This document shows, one piece after another, positions 39,231-52,125 of a stretch of 64,000 bases of DNA. A program made the position numbers and the translations under genes. This DNA is from Antedon mediterranea (Eukaryota; Animalia; Echinodermata): contig NC_092677.1 of NCBI RefSeq assembly GCF_964355755.1, forward strand, positions 8,144,101 through 8,208,100. Direction: 5' to 3'. Below the pieces are notes generated by a model. It made no database searches. It was given only the letters and a program-made list of their open reading frames with translations, and was not told where the DNA came from. Position 1 is the stretch's first letter. The number at the start of each line of letters is the position of its first letter.

Positions 39231-39850
39231 TTTATAATAAAGCTTAATATCTCTTTGGTAATATATCAACAAGAACTTATGAAGAATCAATTGGTAGCAA
39301 ACACTTTCTATAAAGCTGGATTCACATCAAACTTTGGTCCTGTCCAACAGGTCATTTAAATCTTTTGGAGCTCTCTTCTGTGATGCTACCATCTCTTTTT
39401 ATACGCAATTTTAAAGGATGTTTTCACCATTCTTTAACATCTATACGCAATTTAACTATATTTTTAGCAACCGGAGACAATTTGGGCTTCATATCACAAA
39501 TTGCTTCCTACCATGATAACGATTCAGTTGTGATAAAGTGCCCGGGAAACTAGATTACTCCGTTCGAGATTTCTCTTTTCGGTAGGCCTACGCTTCGGAA
39601 GCACTCGACGGATCCTTTTTTATTCTGTCCGGAAATAGTGGAGACGTTATTTACGTAAGAAGATGAATCGTTCAACACTTTTAAGACCAACGCAATCTAA
39701 CAACAGGACACTAGAATAAAACTTGTAACAGTCTTTTAGTATTATCTGGCTGCGACAAACATTATATCTTATTATATTATTAATTACTATGATTAATTGA
39801 TCGTGTTGAAGCCACAGATAAGCCATTTGATCTCTCTGTTGTTACCTTTA

Positions 39851-40909
39851 TTAGACTACGATTGGTCTTTCATAAACGTTGGTAGTTCGACGACATCCAA
39901 AAAGTTTACGAAAGGCTGCATTGAAATCTTGTCGCATGAACGCGTAAATAAACGGGTTGATGGAAGAACTACAGAACATAGCAACCTCTGAAATCCACGC
40001 TATTTCTGTAACGACACAACCATTACTATAACTAATAGACGTTGTGACAACCAATGGGAACAGTGTTACAACAAACACAGACAGCACTAGACTAGTTGTT
40101 TTAAAAGCTTTCTGGTGGATCTCCCAGTAAAGTTTCATTGTACCGCGTTGAAAAATATGAGATGGATTTCTGGATCCAATTTGGTTAGTATTATTTACGT
40201 CCAGTTGCTGTCTGCCTGATATTTTCTTGTTCTGTTGTCGCGCAATGCTGTATGTTTTCAGATGCAACGTAATAATGATAATCATAACACAAGTAAAGTA
40301 TACCATACAAATATAGTTCCGAACTTTGTTTCCAAAAAGGTCAAAACGCACACCAAAATCCGATTTTTCTAAATCCCAGAAAAATGGTATGATACAAGGG
40401 TACCAACTGACCAACCAACACATCCCTATCAGACAAAATGCTCGCCTCGGAGAGAGTTTTAATCCGTATGTTAACGGCCAATTCACCGCAACAAATCTAT
40501 CAAATGTGATTAGTAGTAGATTATGAATCGAAGCCCAGATAAAATAGAACAGAGGAATTGTGTATAAAGAAGCGCCCTCAGCGAATCCATTCTCAGTGCT
40601 TATTTGAAAACTTCGCCTATAGAATAAATAATATACAACTGTCGTTGGCACGGCAATGAGCCCTGTGAGAAAGTCTGCTAGAGCTAAACTAGCAACGAAA
40701 TAGTTCCGCACAACCTGTAAAGAAGGTTCGTAGTATATTCCAAGGATCACGATAGCGTTGCCAAAGACACTGGTGAAAAAGATCGCACCGAATACTAAGG
40801 TTATATATAAAATGAACGCTTCTGTTATTTCCACTTTTTCACCACCTCCATGTTCAATGTCTGTGTCCACGGAAGAAGAGTAATTGATAGTTGTGACATC
40901 ACATTCCAT
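39851..40909 (-). CDS. Intronless rhodopsin-like (class A) orphan GPCR, 352 aa; paralog of 27670-28725
   Basis: Seven TM segments; shares LQVVRNY, SLA.ADFLTG.IAVP, WASIHNLLLIT.DR, PFFW, RNYIC, NPFIYA..RQDF with the other GPCR. Confidence 0.95.
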   Translation of the reverse strand: MECDVTTINYSSSVDTDIEHGGGEKVEITEAFILYITLVFGAIFFTSVFGNAIVILGIYYEPSLQVVRNYFVASLALADFLTGLIAVPTTVVYYLFYRRSFQISTENGFAEGASLYTIPLFYFIWASIHNLLLITFDRFVAVNWPLTYGLKLSPRRAFCLIGMCWLVSWYPCIIPFFWDLEKSDFGVRFDLFGNKVRNYICMVYFTCVMIIIITLHLKTYSIARQQNKKISGRQQLDVNNTNQIGSRNPSHIFQRGTMKLYWEIHQKAFKTTSLVLSVFVVTLFPLVVTTSISYSNGCVVTEIAWISEVAMFCSSSINPFIYAFMRQDFNAAFRKLFGCRRTTNVYERPIVV

Positions 40910-43761
40910 TATCTAGAAAAATAAAGACAAAATATAAAGAAATAAATGCCTAAGAGGCCTACTTAATATACCGAATACAAATTCAAAACTGCAATCTATC
41001 GATTTTCTACGATGACATGACTTAATAAACCATAAACGACTAAGACGGTGAAATTGATTTGGTGACGGAAATGTTAATGAAAAAGCAAGGTACCGTAAGA
41101 CCATTAAACAATTTTGTGGAGATCAACAAAACATAGGTCTCGAAACTAGTTTGTATACTGAAGTATTTGTTATTCAATTGCTTATTTTCGTATTACGTAG
41201 GGTTTTCCATCTTCAAGATTGAAGAGGGGATTCAAAGAAGATGTTATTAAGTGTTTACTTTACTACATTGTGTTTGTTTTAAATTAACCAATTATACATC
41301 TAGAGGAAAAAGGTTATTAAATAGGAATCTTTTGGGGAAAAAATTAAAGATAAACCGTTGTAAACATTAATATATACACGCATTACTGACATATGTGTTT
41401 GTAATTACGGTAGGCCCTTATCATCTATATTACACGATACCTTTGAACTGTCAATGTATGCTTATAAGAGGTTTATTTATTACAACATGTTTGTTTATTA
41501 CCATACTTTGTATGACGTAGGCCTACGTTTTGTTTGCACGATAACGCCCACAATGTTTAAGTTATCGTCCTGATTTTCTTTTGCACTTTTGAACTATAAA
41601 CAGTCCATGAATCTTGATTTTTAGGAAAATCTATATAATTATTGGTTATATAAGTCACAAAAGCTTAGGCCTATTATAATCTCAAGTTATCTGTATCTTC
41701 ATTATAAATAGCACAACGTCTATTGCTTATTGCCAGATATTGCGCTCAGTTTCTGAGCGTTTACTTTTTTATTTATTTAAAGGCATTACCTTTATATCGA
41801 TGGGACAAATTTAATCCAGCTTACACAATTTCAATGTTACAAGGCATATTTAACTAAAAAGAAAATAAGTATGATATGGGTTTGGAATTACCAATATTTG
41901 TGGTTATGAAGTGTTTACGCATCAAAACAAATAGTTTATGAAATTGTCTCAGAAACTTTCTTGGCCCGGCGTGCAGAAATCGACACGAGATGGTAATAAG
42001 TTTTGTATCAATATTTCTGCTTAGAATTTAAAAACAATTTAAAAATAATGTAAGGATTTAAATCAAAGGTGGGATTTTTTTTGCTAAACAAGTTTGTAAA
42101 CCCGGCCTAGGCCTATACATATGTTTTCGATTCTCGACGACTTGAAATAAAAATCTGCGAATGAGAAGTTGAATACACTATATTTCGTTACAACTGCTAG
42201 TATCTTATAAATGATCAATGCTTCTTGTTTCATCCACATGGTGCAATGAACTTTCAAATGTGTGCGTACAATATGATGCAATTATATACTTTGACACTGC
42301 AACCGACAAGGTAATGCATAATAATATCAACAAACGAATAATGGCGTAATCAAATAAACGAGTTTAATTATAATATAAATGATTTTCTTATTTTTAACTT
42401 TCCAAATGGTTTGTATCTTTTTATTGTGTGTTTGTTTGTATTTGATAAATAAACCTAATGTTCAAAAAATGATTCAATGATATCTTTAAAATTGTTTTTA
42501 CAAAACGCTCAAATTATTGTTTCATTTAAAATGACAACGAAGATTATTTAAATTATCAACATGAAAACTCGCAGTGAACCACGATTTCCCCCTTTATTTA
42601 TGCTCATTTGTATTGCGTTATTTATAAATTAATCTCGCAAAACGGATTGTAACTAGCGCCATCGCAGAACGACAGTGCTCACTGAATACGACGCTCGGAG
42701 CTATATATTCGGACTATCAGAAGAAGAAAAACTAACACTACTATACGTTCTAACTATAACACTAATGCTTCTGAACACTACCTTAATATTATGAAGAGCT
42801 TAGCCTGTTTCTGTCTTAATATAAACTGTCCAAGTACCAAAAGGACACACTTTCTAAACTAATCCACTCGAACTCCCTCTCACGACTGGGACAGCATAGT
42901 ATGCAAAACTCGTCTGTGTGAGGATTAGGCTTTACTTCTAGGCCTATCATTGCGTTTAATTGATCGATAGTGTTTTCATTCGATGTAACTTTATTCAAAT
43001 ACAAATTAGATAATGCAAAACCCATGGCATTCATTTTTGTTAAACAAATTCAGAATTGTAAAATTGTACAATGTGCAAACACATTACAACAGTTGTATGC
43101 ATAACATCACAAGCAATATACATCTAGAATGTAAATTTATAATATAGTCTAAAACTTTGTAATGGTCTGTTGTTTTTAACTTAAACCATAATCATTACCA
43201 TATTTTTCATATTAGTTGAATTTTAAATTATAACAGGTTATCGTCACCTTTTAATGAATTTCTCTATTGACGTCATGGCAAATTCCATGATACATCATTA
43301 CATTTGAAACCTGTAGACCCTAAATTAACCCTAAAACCCAATCGCCCTTGATATAGGTTTTACATGTAAACCACAGGTAAAGCAGCGTTTATTCACATCG
43401 ATGGCAAGAATATTCAACAAAATGTTTCTGACCGTCCATTGCCTCTGGCAGAATAATTTAACTGTCATTGGCTTAATTTCATCTAACTGTCAATAACTGT
43501 TAATAGGGAGGTTTCGCAACCTTACGAATACGATAACGAAAACGGATACGTCACACATTTGTGAAACTTTTGAGCTGATCCCCATTTCATATTCGTAAAG
43601 CGTATTCGTGTTGACGAATATCACCAGTCATATTCGTAACTACAAAACGAGTATAGTTTTTGATCTATTTTGCACATTTTGCATTTGAATCAGGAATGAT
43701 TCATGATTATAATATAATTATAGATTTATTGACAGTAATTTACTAAAGTAATTTACTAAAA

Positions 43762-46700
43762 CTAGATGGTACGCTCGCTTCGCTCGCGTACCATCTATGT
43801 CGTGCCCACAGATGGTTCTCGAATACACAGTAATTTCAGCGTAACAAAACTGGCGATTTCAAATGTACGTACCGCAGGACTACAATACATTGTCGTTTAC
43901 AGAAACGAATAAACAGACACGATGATTTATGTAGTCAACTAAAATTAGCACCCTGGGAATTACTTCCGAAAAGGAGTCCAAATTTTTGATTTGGACTCAT
44001 TTAAAGAAACCCAATTTGTGTATGTAACATTAGGGTTGAGGGATGGGAAAGCGGATAGGTACAAAGAGGAACAATTTTTAAATATATTTTTTATCCACTC
44101 AGTAATGAAATATTTTGTTCATGTTTTATAGGCCTATAAATAATATACCTCTAAATACAGTAAAACATTTGCGATTTAATACTTTGTTAAAACTGTCACT
44201 GTCATAATCGATTGAAATATTAAAGTATCAATCAATGTACAACTCTACATTGCGTTCAATCATTGCTATTCGACCGCAAACTCCATGGTATACTGGTGAG
44301 ATACGAAAACAGAAAAAAGTAAGAAGGCAGCTGGAGAGGAAATGGCGTAAGACAGGTCTCGAAACTGATTGGCATGCTTACACACATCAACGCCAATGTG
44401 TATCATCACATATTCATACTGCAAAGTTGGAATATCACTCAGCTCTAGTAAATAATGCTGTAGGCGACCAGAAGCAATTATTCAAAATTGTAAACACGTT
44501 ACTGCATAGAGGAAATACGACACCCTTACCTACCTGTAAATCAACCAGTATTCTTGCTGAACGTTTCTCAGAGTTTTTTTAATGAAAAGATCACTAAAAT
44601 TCGATCAGGATTTCCTCAATCTGTTCTCCAAGATGCGCATACATTTAGTACAAAGGCTCTTTTAAGCTGTCAACTGTCTATTCTTGAACCAACCACAGAT
44701 GAGGAGATCGAGAAATTGATCAAGGCATCCCCGATAAAGTCTTGTGAGCTAGATCCTATTCCAACTTGGCTTTTAAGGGATTGCGGTCCTGTAATAGTTC
44801 CAGTGCTAATGAAATTAGTTAATCTTTCACTTATCACATCCACAGTACCGCAGAATTTAAAGAAAGCACATGTACGGCCTTTGCTGAAGAAGACTGGCCT
44901 CAACCCAGAAGTTCTTAAAAATTATAGACCGGTTTCAAATTTATCCTTTGTTTCGAAGCTTATTGAGCGTGTTGTTGCAGTTAGACTCTCTAAGCATATG
45001 TCAAATCACAACCTCCATGAAACTACCAATCAGCATACAAAGCTAACCACAGTGTGGAGACAGCGCTTCTACGTGTTCAGAATGACGTTTTGACATCAAT
45101 AGATAATCAAGAACTTGTTATTCTAGTTTTACTAGACTTATCGGCTGCTTTTGACACAGTAGATCACTCACTGCTTCTTCATAGATTGTCACATGATATT
45201 GGGGTAAGAGATCAAGCATTGTCTTGGTTCACATCATATCTAAGGAACAGAACCCAGGCCGTCTGCATTGGTGATGTTTCATCAGATGACCTTCCTCTAT
45301 TATGTGGCGTCCCACAAGGTTCGGTGCTTGGACCACAGCTGTTTCCCATCTATGTTGCCCCAGTTGCTGAAATAATACGAAGACACGGATTATGTCATCA
45401 TTTCTATGCAGATGATATACAAATCTACGGTTCTGTCAAGCCTTGCCAGACCAAGTTTCTGTCCGCCGTAAAACGGTTAGAAGCATGCACTGCTGAGATT
45501 AGAAAATGGATGGGCTCCAACTTCCTCAAGCTAAATGATAAAAAGACCGATGTGATGCTATTTGGTTCTGTTCAGCAGAGAAAAAAGATCCGGATTGATG
45601 GCCTACATATTGCTGGCGTACTAGTCAATCCATCATCAGAAGTTCGTAACCTTGGTGTTCAACTTGATTGTAAAATGACCATGGAATCACATATCAACAA
45701 AATCTGCCGATCTGCTATTTTCCATTTATGTAACATCGCCAAGATCCGACGTTACTTCAACCATTGTGCAACAGAGCAGATTGCACATGCTTGTGTTACC
45801 AGTCGGCTTGATATGGGAAATTCCCTGCTGTATGGTCTGCCAAAGAAGCAGTTGCGGACTCTCCAGAAGGTGCAAAATTGGGCAGCTCGCTTGGTGATGT
45901 GTGCCAAGAAGTATGATCACGTCACACAATTGTTCAAAGAGTTAAATTGGCTACCCATGGAGTCACGTGTTAAATTTAAGATCCTGCTGCTGGTGTTCCG
46001 ATGCCTAAATAGTTGCGCTCCAAAATATCTCTCAGAATTGTTGACAGTCAAGAAGGGAAAGCGAGAACTACGATCTAGTCATCAGGTTCTACTGGACATT
46101 CCAAGGAGCAAACATAGTTGGGGAGATCGGACTCTCAGTGTTGCTGGACCTAGGCTTTTTTTACAGCGCCATGAGCAATGAATGTTGGAATGGCGCTATA
46201 TAAATCGAACGATTGATTGAAAGTACATGTCACGATACACCACTACGACGTTTATATTATTGGTAATTATTAATTAATACAAACGTTGAGAAGGAACTGT
46301 CAGTATAAAGTTTATTTGTATATAATAATGTGTTTATATATCTAACAGTAGAGCCTAACCACAATCTCAGTAATAAAGTTTATTTGCATATAGTTTTATA
46401 TTACATCTAACAGTACGAACATTCACAGTAAGAAATGTTCGATTCAAATGAGGACCAAAAATAGTTAATAGGTATTTACAGTATTGTCAAACTATTGCAA
46501 GTTTATTCTCAAAGGGCCCATATATTTACCTACCGTATGATTTAAACCAAGGGCTCATAAATGTACCTACTTGTGTTAAACCAAACTCTGGCAGACTGAG
46601 AGATTGGGATGTTCCATTCATCGCAAATCAATACATTTGTATAGGCCTAATCGTATATTAAATCTATCAAAATAGTATTTTTTTAAGAAAATCGGCCTGT

Positions 46701-47063
46701 CTTCAACATTATGATGATGTACTATAGCTGTTCAACCAGTTTTCAATTATCGTAGGAGGAGAGAGGAAAATGCGAAGCCTCCTCCTCGCATTTTTGTGGC
46801 GGGTATTTTTCAAGATGGACATCCATTAGACAGTGTATACCACGATCGGAAAACACCCCTATTTGGGGCAAATCGTTGAACCTAAATTCGTTTTAATCGT
46901 CAATAACTAATTATCTAACTTAATTTAATTAGTAAACAGGGTTACATCAGGTGGTTAAAATCAGTACCGAAAGTACGAACCAACTTTATATACCATCGAG
47001 TAAAAATTCTAGAAGTAAGGCGCGATTTACCGAATTTTGCCCTTACGTAAATTTATATATAGA
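43762..47063 (-). mobile_element. Non-autonomous Helitron, copy 2, interrupted by a LINE
   Basis: Same termini as 7796-9234. Aligns over 43762-44227, ~46220-46250 and ~46597-47063; the middle segment differs between copies. Confidence 0.85.
44228..46219 (+). mobile_element. 5'-truncated L2-clade LINE; frameshifted ORF2 reverse transcriptase
   Basis: ORFs 44235-44582, 44554-45093, 45054-46181 with PWYT..RKWR, NYRPVSNL, LDLSAAFDTVDH, GVPQGSVLGP, YADD; 3' stem AGCGCCAT..ATGGCGCT; (GATT)n tail; AAAGTA duplicated at 44222-44227 and 46220-46225. Confidence 0.92.
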
Positions 47064-47642
47064 TGCCAGGTCAATTTTGATAAATAGCAGTTTTTAAAGT
47101 ACTCACTCGCTTTGATGTTATGCAGCCAAGCACCAGGCAACACGTACCTGCGCTTCGCTCAAATTTACCGCAGTCATATTTTGGACGGCGCCCTCAATAT
47201 TTCGTTACCATGCGAAACAAGATATTTACTGGCTTACGAAAACGAATACGTGTGCGTGACGTATCCGTTTTCGTTAATATCGTATTCGTAAGATTGCGAA
47301 ACCTCTCTAATTAACAGATCTTGAATTAAAATAAAGCTACACAACATTAAAGGCAATCATTTCTTTTTGCTGAATAACATAAACCCACACATAGTAGGCT
47401 AAAGATACTTACATCGAATTGTTGTGGTCAAACCCTGCAGAAACATCCCGTTTGTCCACTCGAGATACTAAGGATCTTTCGCGTTTAAGACGCGTCAGTA
47501 CTCGACGTAGCTATCGAGTAAAAAATCCAATCATACTGCGCACATTCAGAAACACAATAGGAGTGCGTAGTAGATTAGTATCTAGATTAGATATCTAATA
47601 TCTGTGTATTCGAGTGTCGCCTCGTGAAAACGAAACCCTTCT

Positions 47643-48735
47643 TATCGGCGTATGTGGTCTTCTGGTTAATCTAGTTGACAGATAGACAGAATACAAGCGG
47701 GTTCTCTATCAACAATGCTACTGTACTATACTAGACTGTTTCTAAACCTAATTAAGAACTAATTATGAATAATTTTATACGCGCAACGTCATAAAAATAA
47801 ACATGAATATATCCATGTTGATTTAAGCTGCGAGCATCTACAATTTATGCTACTTTCATGTAGATTATTTGATTAAACATGACAATATTTGTATAGGCAA
47901 ATTCCGTAATACAGAGTCACATGTGTTTCACATATGATTTCTGTAGGCCTATATGTATGTATAATTTAATTACAGTAAACCGATATATAAATTATAAAAA
48001 GGAAATTGGTTTTTCAAATTTCATCTTCAACCTATCTTTTTAGTAATTAGTTCATATTTAGATTAACATTTTGTTGAATGTCAATTGTAACTAAAATGTA
48101 TTAATGTGTAGATGTATGTATTAATTTCGCCGTCGTATTAGTTGTAATAACGTTAGTATCAGAAAAGATACATCATAACATCATAATGGATATAGAGAAA
48201 TAAAGAGACATGAATATAACGTCCTACCGATATAATACCAATGTTCAGTTTTATAAAGCAGCCGATTCTCGGTACTTATATCTATTTCAGAAGTAAAGGT
48301 GGTTTTGGTAATCACGTGGCATTTCGTTACGTTTGTTAAATTCAATCGTTCAAATCGCGTCTATATAAGTTCTTTTTTATTTATTTGTATATATATATTA
48401 TTTGAGATTGGGAAATTCATCAACCACATTTTTGGTTATTCTGAAAAGTTATTAACCTGCATAGGAATATTCGTCGAATTGTTAGGTCCAAAAAGGTTCA
48501 GTAGTAGTTTAAAAGTGTGTAGTGTTTTAAAATTCGATATCTACGAAACCTTTCGTATCGGCGTATAGTACCGTAGTCTTCTAGCTAATCTAGTTGACAG
48601 ATAGACAGAATACAAGTGAGTTCACTATCAACAATGCTACTGTACTAGACTGTTTCTAAACCTAATTGAGAACTAATTATGAATAAAATTTAAACGCGCA
48701 ACGTCATAAAAATAAGCATGAATATATCAATGTTT
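47643..48735 (+). repeat. Local ~180-bp direct duplication (~47643-47820 and ~48556-48735); a second, shorter duplication pairs ~48430-48505 with ~48735-48795
   Basis: TAATCTAGTTGACAGATAGACAGAATACAAG...CGCGCAACGTCATAAAAATAA occurs twice. Confidence 0.85.
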
Positions 48736-51700
48736 TGGTTATTCTGAAATGAATATGAATATCTGAATTGTTAGGTCCAAAAAGGTTGAGTAGTACTGTA
48801 GTATAAAAATTGGCATCGCTTTAATGCTCCAAGGTATTGCGCAGAATGAAATCTATTTAATAGAGAATGAAGATAGATTGTACATTAATGGTGATTACAA
48901 CACGACTTTAATTAGAAACCGAAGCATGTAATAAAATATAAATCAAAGTAAGCAATCATACTTATGCAATCATGAACTATTGGGAAATTATTGTGTTACA
49001 AATTAAATGCATTTTCTTAGCCTCGAAATGTAAAACTATACACACAGTATAGATGGCTTGAATATACGAAGGATTATCATAATAGTGCCACTATCCGTCT
49101 TGTTTCCGTAAAATCGATCGACCAAATAGTCCCGAATATTGAAGGGGACTACTGAACTCATACGCATGCGTAGATTAATCGTTCGTATTAATATATTATA
49201 CAGTATTATTACCATCTCACTCATCTACCATCCTGATACAAACATTCGCTGTATTTTCGCGCAAGGTATTTACAACTAGTAAGCTGAACACATTGTCTAG
49301 TCAAATTTATAACAATTCTATTTAATAAGAAATTGTAAAAAATATTATTAGATTCAATTTTACTCTATGATTCAATTAGTTACAAAAACGTAACAGGCCT
49401 ACGTGTAATTTGCGGTTCTTATTCATTGTTATATCAGTATCTTAATTTAGCGCAATTTATATTGCTAACAAGAACTCATCATAATAGTTTAAATCCATAT
49501 CGAGTTGGGCATTTGATTAGAGTCTAAATAAAGTTAGTCATCTGATTGGATTATGCATGAAGATATTCATCATCAATTTCAGCAGAGAACCTGACGTACT
49601 AAATTGACTTTTAGATATATACCATTCTGTCAACTTCGATTAGTCAATACAGGTTATTGCTTTTCGGGTTGCGAACATCTGCACAAATGTACGTGAATTT
49701 GCCAAATTTGTCGTCGCAAAACCTTCCACGACAATTACAGTGAACACTAGATGTGGACTCGTCCCCATGCCGAGTTGGAAGGTAACATTAAACGCTAAAA
49801 ATGTAATAATATTTATTTAAGTATGAATTTAATTATTTGTATGCCTATTTAGTTTTGGACAAAATCAATATCACATTCAATTTGTTGAAATTATGTTGTA
49901 TTCATTTGAAATAGTAAAATATATGTACGTCAAAACGATATTTCTATACGGAAATTATACTCGATCAATCAAATGTTAAATTAAACAATCTTAAGATTTT
50001 TTTTGTTTTTAATATTCACAATATGTTTAGTTATTTTTTGTCACAATTTTTGTTGTATTTTTGTTGTCTTATCTTCGGTGGTTGTGTGTAAACATTTACG
50101 CTCTGAATCGAATTGTAATATCAACTCTTACAATAATGTTAGGCCTATATACATTGAGTTAAACAAAGATTATTCAAATTTTACATGTTATGAGAAATAC
50201 TTATGCTTTGGTCTGTTTTAAAAAGTCAGTGGACATAGAGACAAACATTACGTGTTTACCTTTTCGTATAATTATTGACGATTATCGAATTGGACGGAAC
50301 ACTGATCAGATAAATGTGAGCGTAATTACCAGTCTATGTTTCTGCAATTAATCTGGTTTCCGCCTCACTAACCCCAGAAAATAGCACAACAAATTGAAGG
50401 TAATTGCTTTGGAAACTACTCATATGGATTTTCAACACGTCTCTATAAGGCTGAGCTGTGAGCCTCAAGTAAGACGAATAAATAGTACTGTATTATTGAT
50501 GAGCAAAATATAAATCCCTTACACTTGATTTGTATTCTGTATGAATAATTTCATGAATCTTCAAGGAATTTCATTTAGCTTTTAAAAGTTTTATACACTA
50601 TAGATTTTTCAAATATAGCTAGCATTATTTATCTTTTTTTCACGAAGCTAGAGAAAATGGCTTCAAATAACAAATTCTCTTTAAACCAATAAAATCTTTA
50701 ACGAAGAAAACTAAGGAGAAAGAGGGAGTTGGAAATAGTTTGCTGCAATAGTTGAGTTGCATACATTTTGTAGCTCTTGTGTAGGGTCATGTACATTATT
50801 ATTCAATATGATCAATGATGATCATAATATCCTAAACATAAATTGATGGCAAACCATATTTTCATTTATTTATACATGGGAGGCCTACTTAAATATAAAC
50901 TTATCCAGTACATGTATATATAATAATATTAATAGCCACTTAGTAAGCCTTCGTTCAGAAACAGACTTATATCGAGTGTGTATGACCAATGTCCCATATA
51001 ACATCGATAGATCTAAATATTAACATGTATAGACGGGATGGGGTGGTTAGAGCTAAATTTCTTTTTTCGGATACACGATCATTTTGGATCGTTGTTTTAT
51101 TGTCATGCGAAAGGAATTATTACGTAATTTGAAACAAAATGCACCATGAGATAAACACGTAATATCTCACATTTTAAATATTGCTTACCGTAATTTATTT
51201 CAAACAAGTCCGTTTTCTTCGAACATGCCGTTCTGAATTCATATTTTAAAATCTGATTCTATTTTGATGAATAATATTAAGTGTTTTACTTTCCGTATTC
51301 TGAATCGACCGTGACCCGAGGAAGTCCAGACTTCGTCATGTTTTACTTGTTTTTCTCTAAAAATTGGTTCATCCAGCAATTAAAGTTAGTTTCCGTTCCA
51401 CATTTTTTGAATAATGACGGGTAGTTGGCCGAATTATGACTTCCGTGTGCTATAATTCGTCGTGTTTGTACACAATTTGATTGGTCAAAATGTGTTGCTT
51501 TGATAATTAAGTAAAATACAATCAAGTAAGCTCATTAAGAAATACACACAGCAGCTACGCTTAGTTAGTTCTAGGAATTCGTACTCTTAAAATAATTACG
51601 CAATATGTGTTCATTCGAGGAATTATTTTATACATTGAGCATTAAAAAAAAGATACGGGAAGGGAAAATACCTTACTTTGATATTATTCAGGAAATACAG

Positions 51701-51925
51701 ATTTTAAAACATGGTTAATTATCAAGAAAACTTGTAAACGCCCGGAAACAGGAAATTTGGATTGTATTTTTATGCAAAAAAAAACAATTCCAGATCCAAT
51801 GAAAAAACTGTAGCTAAAAAAAGTAGCTATTTCTAATACTACAACTATTACATCATGTGTTTTGCTGTGTGCATTTTCATATTGTTTTTATTATTCCTAC
51901 ACATATTATGTAGGCCTCAGTAGTA

Positions 51926-52125
51926 GGTATCAGTGGCTGGATCTCAATGGAGATAAAAAAAAATCGAAAAGCTAAATCAAAACGATAGCCGGAAAACTTA
52001 GCAGAGCTTTCGGACAACACTAGCCCTTCATCAGTGCAAGTGAAGGTACTTTGGACAAAGATAGATATAGATATAGTCAGGCAAGACTGCCTGAGTGGAC
52101 AGGAAAAAAAGAAATAAACAAAAGA
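51926..52125 (-). mobile_element. Penelope-like element terminal repeat fragment
   Basis: Contains CTGATGAAGGG..TCCGAAAGCTCTGC, a Penelope/Neptune-type end signature; partial second copy at ~3525-3585. Confidence 0.7.
51996..52041 (-). ncRNA. Minimal type I hammerhead ribozyme motif
   Basis: ACUUGCA-CUGAUGA-AGGGCUAGUGUUGUCC-GAAA-GCUC-UGCUAAGU: intact core, stem II, and stem I with one bulge. Confidence 0.65.

Larger units (their letters stand above)
43505..47308. mobile_element. Non-autonomous TIR element (PIF/Harbinger-superfamily-like) hosting nested insertions
   Basis: ~55-bp TIRs AGGGAGGTTTCGCAACCTTACGAATACGAT..AACGAAAACGGATACGTCAC and its reverse complement at ~47255-47308; AAT duplicated at 43502-43504 and 47309-47311. 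Confidence 0.8.

Noticed and set aside
38965-39231. Hydrophobic 88-aa ORF
   Set aside because: Produced by the (ATT)n microsatellite and an A-rich tract.
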